A DNA stretch of 64,000 bases from an uncultured Clostridia bacterium. GTDB taxonomy: Bacteria > Bacillota > Clostridia > Christensenellales > CAG-314. Under the pieces are notes generated by a model. It had not been told where the DNA came from and ran no database searches. It saw only the letters and a program-made list of their open reading frames with translations. Shown one piece after another: positions 1-7,635 of this stretch; positions within the stretch are counted from its first letter, which is position 1; every line of letters begins with the position of its first letter. Both the position numbers and the translations under genes were made by a program. The stretch lies in contig CAKQEP010000002.1 of the NCBI GenBank assembly GCA_934230325.1, positions 76,682 to 140,681 on the forward strand, read 5' to 3'.

Positions 1-633
1 AACGCCGTCGCGGTTTATAAAACATGCGTCTACGCCTGCGTTTTTTGCGCCCGCCATATCCCCCGTCAAACTGTCGCCGACAACGAGAGCGCGGCTTTTG
101 TCAAAATCTTTTATCGTCGCAAAGGCCTTGTCAAAAAACTCTTTGTGCGGTTTGTTTACGCCCAACGCGTCGCTGATAAATATGTCTTTAAAATACGGAG
201 TCAAGCCGCTCTCCGCAAGCCGTCTGTCTTGTGTCGCTTTGACGCCGTTGGTCACGATAAACAATTTGTATCTCGGTTTGAGATAGTCAAGCAATGCAAA
301 CACGCCGTCGTATACGTAATGCGTTTCGTTAAGGTTTTGGCGGTATATTTTTTCCGCTTTAGACGCGTCGATTTTGGGCAGATTAAGTTTTTCCGCAACT
401 ATAATAAACCTGTCCAAAAGCAATTTTTCTCGGGTGGTTTTGCCTTCGTCGTAAGCGCGCCACAATCTTTTGTTGACGGCGTTAAACACGGCGTGAATAT
501 CTGCGTCGTAAGGCAATCCGAGCGTTTCAAAGGTTTTGCCCAACGCCGTATATTCGCATTTATCAAAGTCAAGTAGCGTGCCGTCTGCGTCAAAAAAGAT
601 AAAACGGTATAAAGATTTTTGTGTAAAATCCAT
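1..633 (-). CDS. HAD-superfamily hydrolase (YjjG/nucleotidase-like); 3' end runs off the window
   Basis: My own reverse translation from ATG 633-631 gives MDFTQKSLYRFIFFDADGTLLDF (DxDxT motif I), LFIVTNG and VVGDSLTGDMAGAKNAG (motif IV). SD GGAGGA lies upstream. It is missing from the ORF track because no stop falls inside the window. Confidence 0.8.
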   Translation of the reverse strand, partial: MDFTQKSLYRFIFFDADGTLLDFDKCEYTALGKTFETLGLPYDADIHAVFNAVNKRLWRAYDEGKTTREKLLLDRFIIVAEKLNLPKIDASKAEKIYRQNLNETHYVYDGVFALLDYLKPRYKLFIVTNGVKATQDRRLAESGLTPYFKDIFISDALGVNKPHKEFFDKAFATIKDFDKSRALVVGDSLTGDMAGAKNAGVDACFINRDGV

Positions 634-635
634 TT

Positions 636-899
636 TTACCAGTCCTCCTTTACGTAGTCTGACGGTTGCTTTACGTCGTTGTAAAACTCTTTGTATTTGC
701 TTTTGCTGCTCGTAACGACGCGCTCCAAATCGGCAACTTCGTACGCTTCGCAATCTTGATCGTCTGCAAGCCGCATCAAATGCCAGTCGTCGAGTTTTGC
801 GTCGGGCTTTAAAGAAGGTTGTTTTTTGCCCACAAAACAAATTTCTTCTTCCGTTGCGTCGACGAGGCTTTCACTTGTAAAAACAAAACGCTTTTTCAT
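636..899 (-). CDS. hypothetical acidic 87-aa protein
   Basis: ORF in the track. Its stop abuts the SD of the HAD gene. A consensus promoter sits immediately upstream (see 906-934). No motif recognised. Confidence 0.55.
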   Translation of the reverse strand: MKKRFVFTSESLVDATEEEICFVGKKQPSLKPDAKLDDWHLMRLADDQDCEAYEVADLERVVTSSKSKYKEFYNDVKQPSDYVKEDW

Positions 900-905
900 G
901 CTTTT

Positions 906-934
906 ATTATACAGCCAAATTTAACTATTTGCAA
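906..934 (-). promoter_or_regulatory. sigma-70-type promoter TTGCAA-17-TATAAT, with 6 nt between the -10 and ATG 899 (leaderless layout)
   Basis: On the reverse strand, -35 is at 934-929 and -10 at 911-906. The gap 905-900 is followed directly by the ATG. Confidence 0.55.
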
Positions 935-995
935 GAGTTTTTATTATAACTGCCTTTTGTCGCTCATATTATATATCGTTTAGGAAGATGTAAAT

Positions 996-1739
996 ATGTA
1001 TACGATAACGATTTTTTCTGTTCTTGCGGGCGTGATAGGCACGGGAGCGGGCGGTTTGATAGGATTATTATTCAAAAATAAGGGCAACAAACCCGTGAGT
1101 TGCGTGTTGAGTTTTGCGGGCGGCGTAATGATATCCGTCGTTCTTTTTGACCTCGTGCCGGAAGCAACAAAAATCGCAGTTGGCGCAGGGTTGTCTTTTT
1201 GGGTGATTCTCGTCGCTTTGCTCGGCGGAATGGCTATTATCGCTTTGTTAAACTTTTTTATCGAAACAAAAAGAACAAAAAATAAATTTTCTAAAAACAA
1301 ACTGCTTAATAGCGGCATCGTTATGGCTATTGCCATAGGACTGCACAACCTTCCCGAAGGTATCGCTTTGGGAAGTAGCGGAAGTATTTCCGCCGCAAAC
1401 GCCGTTGCAATAACCGTTTTGTTGGGTTTGCACAATATGCCCGAAGGTATGGCTATTTCCGTACCCTTGCTGTCGGGCGGACAAAGCGCAAAAAAAAGCG
1501 TTGCCGCCGCTTTTTTGAGCGGCAGCGTAACGGTGCTCGGCGCACTGATAGGGTTTTTTGCGGGAAGTATATCCCCCGCCGTCATTTGCGTTTCCTTGAG
1601 TTTTGCGGCGGGCGCGATGACCTACGTTTCTTTTACGGAAGTTTTTTATCAAGCGTACTCCCTTTTTGGCGGCAAACTCACTTATTTTTACGCCGTAATA
1701 GGCATCGTGATAGGAATGTTGGTGATTTTTTTGATTTGA
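996..1739 (+). CDS. zupT: ZIP-family divalent metal (zinc) transporter
   Basis: Two HNxPEG signatures (GLHNLPEGIALG and GLHNMPEGMAISVPL), a multi-TM profile and SD AGGAAG upstream. Confidence 0.85.
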   Translation: MYTITIFSVLAGVIGTGAGGLIGLLFKNKGNKPVSCVLSFAGGVMISVVLFDLVPEATKIAVGAGLSFWVILVALLGGMAIIALLNFFIETKRTKNKFSKNKLLNSGIVMAIAIGLHNLPEGIALGSSGSISAANAVAITVLLGLHNMPEGMAISVPLLSGGQSAKKSVAAAFLSGSVTVLGALIGFFAGSISPAVICVSLSFAAGAMTYVSFTEVFYQAYSLFGGKLTYFYAVIGIVIGMLVIFLI

Positions 1740-1771
1740 CAGCGTTTATTAGTATAAAAAATCCCAAAAAA

Positions 1772-1808
1772 ACGGGCAGTTTTGCTAAAAAATTGCCCGT
1801 TTGATTTA
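1772..1808. terminator. bidirectional intrinsic terminator between convergent zupT and lysS
   Basis: Stem ACGGGCA (1772-1778) pairs with TGCCCGT (1794-1800). An A-run lies 5' and a T-rich tract 3'. Confidence 0.6.
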
Positions 1809-1849
1809 TATGATTTTTTGCCTCGCATTTGTTTTAGGCTTTTGCGTTT

Positions 1850-3358
1850 TTATTTTTCCAAAGGTTTCATAGTGGGGAACAACAAGACGTCGCGGATAGA
1901 ATAACTGTTTGTAAACAACATTACCATACGGTCAACGCCTATGCCGATGCCGCCCGTCGGAGGTAAACCGTACTCCAAAGCGGTGACGTAATCTTCGTCC
2001 ATCATTTGCGCTTCTTCGTCGCCGCACGCGCGTTGTTTAACTTGCTCGGCAAAGCGATTGTACTGGTCTATAGGGTCGTTGAGTTCTCCAAACGCATTGC
2101 CCATTTCTCTCGCATAGATAAAAAACTCAAAACGCTCGGTCATTCTGTCGTCCGTCGCTTTGCGCTTTGCAAGCGGAGAAACTTCTACGGGATAATCGTA
2201 AACGATGGTGGGTTGAATAAGTTTTTCTTCTACTTTTTGATCAAACACCTCGTACAAAACGTATCCCCACGTGCGCTTGTTTTTGTCAACTTCTACGCCG
2301 ACGGATTTTGCCGCTTTAACTGCGTCTTCGTCGGATTTTATCTCGTTGAAATCAAGCCCCACATACTTTTTTACCGCGTCAATCATTGTTATGCGCGTCC
2401 AGTCGTCAAGGTCGATAACAACTTCGTTGTAAGGAAGTTTGCGAGTACCCAAAACTTTGTCGGCGCAATACACAAACATATTTTGCGCAATTTCCATCAT
2501 ATGCTCGAGGTTGGTGTAGGCTTCGTACAACTCTATGGAAGTAAACTCGGGATTGTGTCTTATGTCCATTCCCTCGTTGCGGAACATTCTGCCGATTTCG
2601 TAAACTTTTTCAAACCCGCCGACGACAAGTCTTTTAAGGTACAATTCCGTCGCAACTCTCAAATACATATCCATATTGAGCGAGTTGTGGTGCGTAATGA
2701 AAGGACGCGCCGTCGCGCCGCCCGCTATTGTGTTGAGAATAGGCGTTTCTACTTCTATAAACCCTTGATTTTCTAAAAATTCTCTAATCGCGCTTATCAC
2801 TCTGCTGCGAATAACAAAAGTCTTTTTTACTTCCGGATTTGCGATAAGGTCAACGTAACGTTGGCGGTATCTCGTGTCGGCGTCCTTTAAACCGTGAAAT
2901 TTTTCCGGCAGCGGGCGCAACGATTTGGATAACAAGGTAATTTTTTCTGCCCTGACGGATACTTCTCCCGTGTGCGTGACAAAAACGACGCCGTTAACTC
3001 CGACGATATCGCCTATGTCCATATTTTTAAACTCGGCGTACTCGTCTTCTCCTACCACGTCTTTTTTGACGTATACTTGTATTTGTCCGTCGCCGTCAAG
3101 AATATGACAAAAACTCGCCTTGCCCATAATGCGGCGGCTCATTATTCTGCCGGCAATGCTGACGGGCATATCCAAAAGGTTGTCCTTATCCTTTAAAATT
3201 TGCAAAGAAGTGTGCGTGCGGTCAAAACGCGTGATTGCATACGGATTTTTGCCCGCTTCTATCAACGACGCAAGTTTTTCTCTGCGCACGCGCATAACTT
3301 CGTTTATATCTTGTTCCTGCTCGACCGCGATGTTTGTGTTTTGATTGTTGTCCTGCAT
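1850..3358 (-). CDS. lysS: lysine--tRNA ligase (class II)
   Basis: 502 aa with an N-terminal OB anticodon-binding region, class II core motifs ([17 protein letters not shown]) and the usual greA-lysS adjacency. Confidence 0.97.
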   Translation of the reverse strand: MQDNNQNTNIAVEQEQDINEVMRVRREKLASLIEAGKNPYAITRFDRTHTSLQILKDKDNLLDMPVSIAGRIMSRRIMGKASFCHILDGDGQIQVYVKKDVVGEDEYAEFKNMDIGDIVGVNGVVFVTHTGEVSVRAEKITLLSKSLRPLPEKFHGLKDADTRYRQRYVDLIANPEVKKTFVIRSRVISAIREFLENQGFIEVETPILNTIAGGATARPFITHHNSLNMDMYLRVATELYLKRLVVGGFEKVYEIGRMFRNEGMDIRHNPEFTSIELYEAYTNLEHMMEIAQNMFVYCADKVLGTRKLPYNEVVIDLDDWTRITMIDAVKKYVGLDFNEIKSDEDAVKAAKSVGVEVDKNKRTWGYVLYEVFDQKVEEKLIQPTIVYDYPVEVSPLAKRKATDDRMTERFEFFIYAREMGNAFGELNDPIDQYNRFAEQVKQRACGDEEAQMMDEDYVTALEYGLPPTGGIGIGVDRMVMLFTNSYSIRDVLLFPTMKPLEK

Positions 3359-3380
3359 AATTATCTACCTTTTGTTTAGT

Positions 3381-3857
3381 TTAGCGGCTGATGTCCTTAA
3401 TAACGTACTTGGCAACGTTGCCTTGCGGCAAAGTTACGCTGACGGTATCGCCTTTCTTTTTGCCGACCACCGCCATGCCTATGGGTGACTCGTTGCTTAT
3501 CCTAATCGGCTTGACAAAAGGATCCGCTTCCGTCGTGCCTACTATCTGATACTGCCTGACCTTGCCTTCGCCTTCCAACGTGACAACGCTGCCCAACTTG
3601 ACTTCGTTGCGACGAGAAACGGAGTCCTCTATTATTTTGGCGTTTTTGAGTTTGGACTCTATTTCTAAAATTTCTCCCTCCGCCTGTGACTGCTCCGCTT
3701 TTGCCGCGTCGTATTCGGCATTTTCCGACAAGTCGCCAAAGTCGCGCGCAACTTTTATTTTTTCGCTGATTTCCGCGCGGCGTACCGTTTTGAGATATTT
3801 TAAGCGTTCTTCCAACTCTTTTTTGCCTTCCGCAGTCAAATATACTTCTTCTGCCAT
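3381..3857 (-). CDS. greA: transcription elongation factor GreA
   Basis: MAEEVYLTAEGKKELEERLKYLK...RRAEISEKIKVARDFGDLSENAEYDAAK is typical GreA. I prefer ATG 3857 (SD GGAGG 8 nt upstream) over the track's TTG at 3863. Confidence 0.95.
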   Translation of the reverse strand: MAEEVYLTAEGKKELEERLKYLKTVRRAEISEKIKVARDFGDLSENAEYDAAKAEQSQAEGEILEIESKLKNAKIIEDSVSRRNEVKLGSVVTLEGEGKVRQYQIVGTTEADPFVKPIRISNESPIGMAVVGKKKGDTVSVTLPQGNVAKYVIKDISR

Positions 3858-3920
3858 AATCAAGACCTCCGAAAATTTACTAATCGATATTATCTAATCG
3901 ATATAAGGTATTATAAAATA

Positions 3921-3942
3921 CACTCGGCGTTTTTTCCGAGTG
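3921..3942 (-). terminator. hairpin downstream of the DUF362 gene
   Basis: CACTCGG-N8-CCGAGTG with T-rich flanks on both strands. Confidence 0.4.
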
Positions 3943-4036
3943 ATTTTTAATTTTGTCATTTTAACACAAAATAATTTTAAAGTCAAGCAATTGACGGTAC
4001 TGATTTTTTTGGACTGAAAAACGAAAAAACAACTTT

Positions 4037-5233
4037 TTAGTCCTTTTTGCGTCCTTTTTTGTCGCTCGAACCGTTAAAAACTTTCATAGCGCGATACAAA
4101 AACGGCTTTTTTAAGTCAACCGCGTCAAAAGGGCAAAGTTCTTGACAGCAATAACATCGTATGCATTTTTTGGATATTATGCGAGCATGCCTTTTGCCGT
4201 TTTTGGCGGAGCGCATTTCTATCGCTTGTCGAGGACAGTGCGAGTAACATTTTGCGCAACCTTTGCAACGCTTTGCGCTTATTTTGGGTTTTTGCGTAAC
4301 CCATTCGCGCTTTAACAAACGACGGAATACGCCCTTTTTGTTAAAGTCCGTATTTAGTACCTTGACGGTTTTGTAATCGGGTATACGTTGCGACTTTATC
4401 TCGTCAAAATCTATGCCCGTATCGGATAAGTCGTCGGGCAAAAGTCCTCTCTTTTTTGCTTTGATAACTAACGGCATATCCGACGGGTTTGCAAAAAAAG
4501 ATACCCCCGCAACGTCAACAAGGTACGGGTTTTTGCCCGCGATAAGTTTGCCTATATATCTCGGCTGACCGTTTGTGGGACCGCTACCTTCCATTCCCAT
4601 AACCGCATCGAGAATATGCAAAACGATTTTTTTAGACGCGTACCGCTCTATGTCCACGAGGCAATCGGTAAAACCGTCCAAATCGGGATATAAACTGTGC
4701 GTTTGCGATTTTACAAGTCCGGGTATAAGCCCGTAAAGGTTTTTTACCACCCCTGTAAACCCCGTGAAACTGTGCGTTTTGAGTTTGCCTATATTGACTA
4801 CGACGTCGGCTTTTGTAAAAACGTCTATTATATCCAACATTCTCACTCTTTTGCCGTCAACGTACTCCGTTGCGCTACCAAAATCCTGATTGAGCGCAAC
4901 TCCCGCTTGTTCGCACGCGTCCTTTATTCCGCAAGTTTTGTAAACGGCGTTCATGACTGCGTGGTTGTAAGGCGCGCCGCTGCTGTCGCCGACGACGACG
5001 TTTGCGTTGCACTCGTTTTTTAGGTATTGCGCGACGGCGCGAACGATTGACGGGTGCGTAGTGCCGCATTTTTCCGGCGGCATTTCTCTGACGAGATTTA
5101 TTTTGATAAAGACGTTTTTGCCGACGCCTATTATATTTTGCGCCCCGCCGAGATATTCAAACATCTGACTTACCGCGCTATCGACGGCGTCGCGAGAATA
5201 ATCTTTGACGGAAGCGATAAAAACTTTTTCCAT
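4037..5233 (-). CDS. DUF362 domain protein with a C-terminal 2x[4Fe-4S] ferredoxin-type domain
   Basis: MEKVFIASVKDY...VFIKINLV is a DUF362-like N-terminus. The C-terminus has CKGCAKCYSHCP and CIRCYCCQELCP cysteine motifs. The start could be 5233 or the track's 5251. Confidence 0.8.
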   Translation of the reverse strand: MEKVFIASVKDYSRDAVDSAVSQMFEYLGGAQNIIGVGKNVFIKINLVREMPPEKCGTTHPSIVRAVAQYLKNECNANVVVGDSSGAPYNHAVMNAVYKTCGIKDACEQAGVALNQDFGSATEYVDGKRVRMLDIIDVFTKADVVVNIGKLKTHSFTGFTGVVKNLYGLIPGLVKSQTHSLYPDLDGFTDCLVDIERYASKKIVLHILDAVMGMEGSGPTNGQPRYIGKLIAGKNPYLVDVAGVSFFANPSDMPLVIKAKKRGLLPDDLSDTGIDFDEIKSQRIPDYKTVKVLNTDFNKKGVFRRLLKREWVTQKPKISAKRCKGCAKCYSHCPRQAIEMRSAKNGKRHARIISKKCIRCYCCQELCPFDAVDLKKPFLYRAMKVFNGSSDKKGRKKD

Positions 5234-5324
5234 ACCGATTGATTTTAGCATAAAAGTAAAAAAATGAAAACAAAATCAAAGGCATTCGCTTTATTATTTT
5301 TTGATATTGTGCTATTATATAGGA

Positions 5325-5582
5325 ATGAAAATATGGATAAAAACTTTTAAAAACGAAAAAATACGCCTCAATCACCTCGTAAACGACGCCGCGCCGCTCA
5401 CCGTAGACAATCTTTGCGCCGTCCTTACCGAAGTATGCGACAAGTACGATTTGCCTACTCCGATAATAACCGCAAACAACGTAGAAAATCTGCAAAATTT
5501 TAACCACACCAAACTAAAACAAGCGGATTTTCTAGAAAAAATCAACTTCGACTTTATGGAAATCACCAAAATATTAAAATAA
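5325..5582 (+). CDS. hypothetical 85-aa protein
   Basis: The ORF is open from 5301 (TTG). The first ATG at 5325 lies 6 nt after an extended -10 (TGCTATTAT). No motif recognised. Confidence 0.45.
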   Translation: MKIWIKTFKNEKIRLNHLVNDAAPLTVDNLCAVLTEVCDKYDLPTPIITANNVENLQNFNHTKLKQADFLEKINFDFMEITKILK

Positions 5583-5791
5583 AATTTTTCTTTTTGCGCC
5601 GCTCGACGGCGTTTTTTTTAGGTTTTTGATTGTGAAAATTTAAAACAATATTTTTTTCGGTAAAAATTTTAACAAAACAAAAAATTTTCGGTTTAAAAAA
5701 AGTTTGTGCAAAAAATATTTTGAATAATACGTCTAAACCCTTTACAACTACAGAATTGTGTGATACAATACAGTCACAAGGAGAGCGTTTA

Positions 5792-6250
5792 ATGGACCTT
5801 ATCGATACTAAAATAGTCAAATTGCTTACGCAAAACGCAAGAGCAAACTCTTCCGAAATAGCAGATAAAGTCAATCTTAGCATTTCTGCCGTTATCGAGC
5901 GTATCAAAAAGTTGGAAAATAACGACATCATCGTCGGTTATACCGCTCTCTTAAACCCCGCAAAACTCGGCAAGGACGTAATGGCTCTTATGAGCGTCAC
6001 GTTGGAGCATCCAAAGTTTAACGACGGTTTTATTTCCGCCGTCAACAAAAACAGCCACATAACCGAGTGTTTTTACTTGGCGGGCGAGTTTGACTATCAA
6101 CTCAAAGTCATTACCGACAACACCGCTATGCTGGAAAAAGTTTTAAACACGATAAAAAGCATCGCGGGCGTATCCAAAACAAAAACAAATATAGTTTTGA
6201 GCGTCACAAAAAACGAGCGCAACGCGGCGGTCGACGTATCGGTCGAGTAA
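5792..6250 (+). CDS. Lrp/AsnC-family transcriptional regulator
   Basis: MDLIDTKIVKLLTQNARANSSEIADKVNLSISAVIERIKKLE is the HTH, followed by an RAM/AsnC_trans domain. SD AAGGAG precedes ATG 5792. Confidence 0.9.
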   Translation: MDLIDTKIVKLLTQNARANSSEIADKVNLSISAVIERIKKLENNDIIVGYTALLNPAKLGKDVMALMSVTLEHPKFNDGFISAVNKNSHITECFYLAGEFDYQLKVITDNTAMLEKVLNTIKSIAGVSKTKTNIVLSVTKNERNAAVDVSVE

Positions 6251-6358
6251 GGCAAGTAGTTTAATAAGGTTTTATACTTTACAACAAGGTTATACCACCC
6301 TATCGAGGTGTAATAAATAATTACGTACGGCTAAACAGCCTACAGGAGGAATTTTTTT

Positions 6359-7519
6359 ATGATTATTGGTATCCCTAAGGAAATTATGCATGACGAGGCA
6401 AGAGTTTCCGCTACTCCCGAAACAGTCAAAAAGATGGTTGCCGACGGCAACACCGTCCTTGTAGAAAAGGGCGCAGGCGCGGGTTCTTTTTATCATGACG
6501 AAGATTACGTCGCGTCCGGCGCGACTCTCGTTGCCGACTGCGAGGAAGTTTTTGCAAAATCCGACGTTATCCTTAAAGTCAAAGAGCCTCTCTTTAATAA
6601 GGAAAAAAATAAGCACGAAATCGACATGATGCATAAAGGTCAATACCTTATTACCTTTATCCACCCTGCCGCCCCCGTCAACCACGAAATGGTCAAAAAT
6701 ATGGCTAAAAAAGGTATCGTAGGTCTTACCCTCGACGGTATCCCCCGCATAAGCCGCGCTCAATCTATGGACGCTTTGTCTTCTATGAGTACTTGCGCAG
6801 GTTACAAAGGAATGCTTATGGGAGCAAGCGATATACCCAAGTTTATGCCCCTTATCGGTTCTGCCGTCGGCGTAATCAAACCCTCCAACGTATTTGTTAT
6901 CGGTACGGGCGTTGCGGGACTTAGAGCAGTCGCTACCGCTAAATCCATCGGCGCTGTGGTTTACTCCGCAGATATTCGCCCCGAAGCAAACGAGCAAGCC
7001 GCTTCTCTCGGCGCAAAAATCGTCGATACGGGCGTACCCAAAGAGATTGCCGTTGCTCCCGACGGAAAACACGCTATGAAACTTTCCGACGAGTGGCTCG
7101 CAAAAGAACGCGCAAACATTGCGGAAACAGTCAAAAACGCAGATATTATTTTCTGCTCCGCTTTGCTTCAAGGACAACTCGCTCCCGTGTTGTTGACGGA
7201 AGATATGGTCAAATCTATGAAGCCCGGCTCTGCTATCGTCGATATTTCTATCGATCAGGGCGGCAACTGCGCTATTACTTCTCCCGGCATTCGCGATATT
7301 AAACACGGCGTAGTAATCGAAGGTATCAAAAATATTCCCGGTCAATTGCCCACCAGCAGTACTTGGTTGTTTGCAAACAATATTTACAACCTTCTCAAGT
7401 ACCTTTCCAAAGACTCCAAAATCGCGCTTGACACTTCTGACGAAATCGTTCAAGGCGTTTTGGTCACCCTCAACGGCGAAATCGTTCACAAGGGCGCTCG
7501 CGAGGCAATGGGAATCTAA
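6359..7519 (+). CDS. pntAA: NAD(P) transhydrogenase subunit alpha part 1 (dI, NAD(H)-binding)
   Basis: MIIGIPKEIMHDEARVSATPETVKKMV, an AlaDH/PNT fold, a VFVIGTGVAGL Rossmann motif and SD AGGAGG. Confidence 0.9.
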   Translation: MIIGIPKEIMHDEARVSATPETVKKMVADGNTVLVEKGAGAGSFYHDEDYVASGATLVADCEEVFAKSDVILKVKEPLFNKEKNKHEIDMMHKGQYLITFIHPAAPVNHEMVKNMAKKGIVGLTLDGIPRISRAQSMDALSSMSTCAGYKGMLMGASDIPKFMPLIGSAVGVIKPSNVFVIGTGVAGLRAVATAKSIGAVVYSADIRPEANEQAASLGAKIVDTGVPKEIAVAPDGKHAMKLSDEWLAKERANIAETVKNADIIFCSALLQGQLAPVLLTEDMVKSMKPGSAIVDISIDQGGNCAITSPGIRDIKHGVVIEGIKNIPGQLPTSSTWLFANNIYNLLKYLSKDSKIALDTSDEIVQGVLVTLNGEIVHKGAREAMGI

Positions 7520-7543
7520 TTAGCAAAAACAGTCGCACACTCA

Positions 7544-7579
7544 AAATTTTCTCCCGCTTTTTTAAACGGGAGAAAATTT
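7544..7579 (+). promoter_or_regulatory. 13-bp perfect stem-loop between pntAA and the next pnt cistron
   Basis: AAATTTTCTCCCG (7544-7556) pairs with CGGGAGAAAATTT (7567-7579) around a 10-nt loop. There is no long U-tract. Confidence 0.4.
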
Positions 7580-7635
7580 AAGTTAAGAGAAAAATTTTTA
7601 AAGAATTTTTAAAAAAAGATTAAAGGAAGATTATC

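Noticed and set aside
6290-7489. Long antisense ORFs opposite well-supported genes (6290-7489 -, 8791-9975 -, 7645-8508 -, 11299-12345 +, 15803-16663 -, 25298-26278 -, 50692-51384 +, 59907-60593 - and others)
   Set aside because: They lie entirely inside genes with strong family signatures on the other strand. Their composition is low-complexity or Arg/Cys-rich with no recognisable motifs, and they lack an SD or promoter. They are shadow ORFs.
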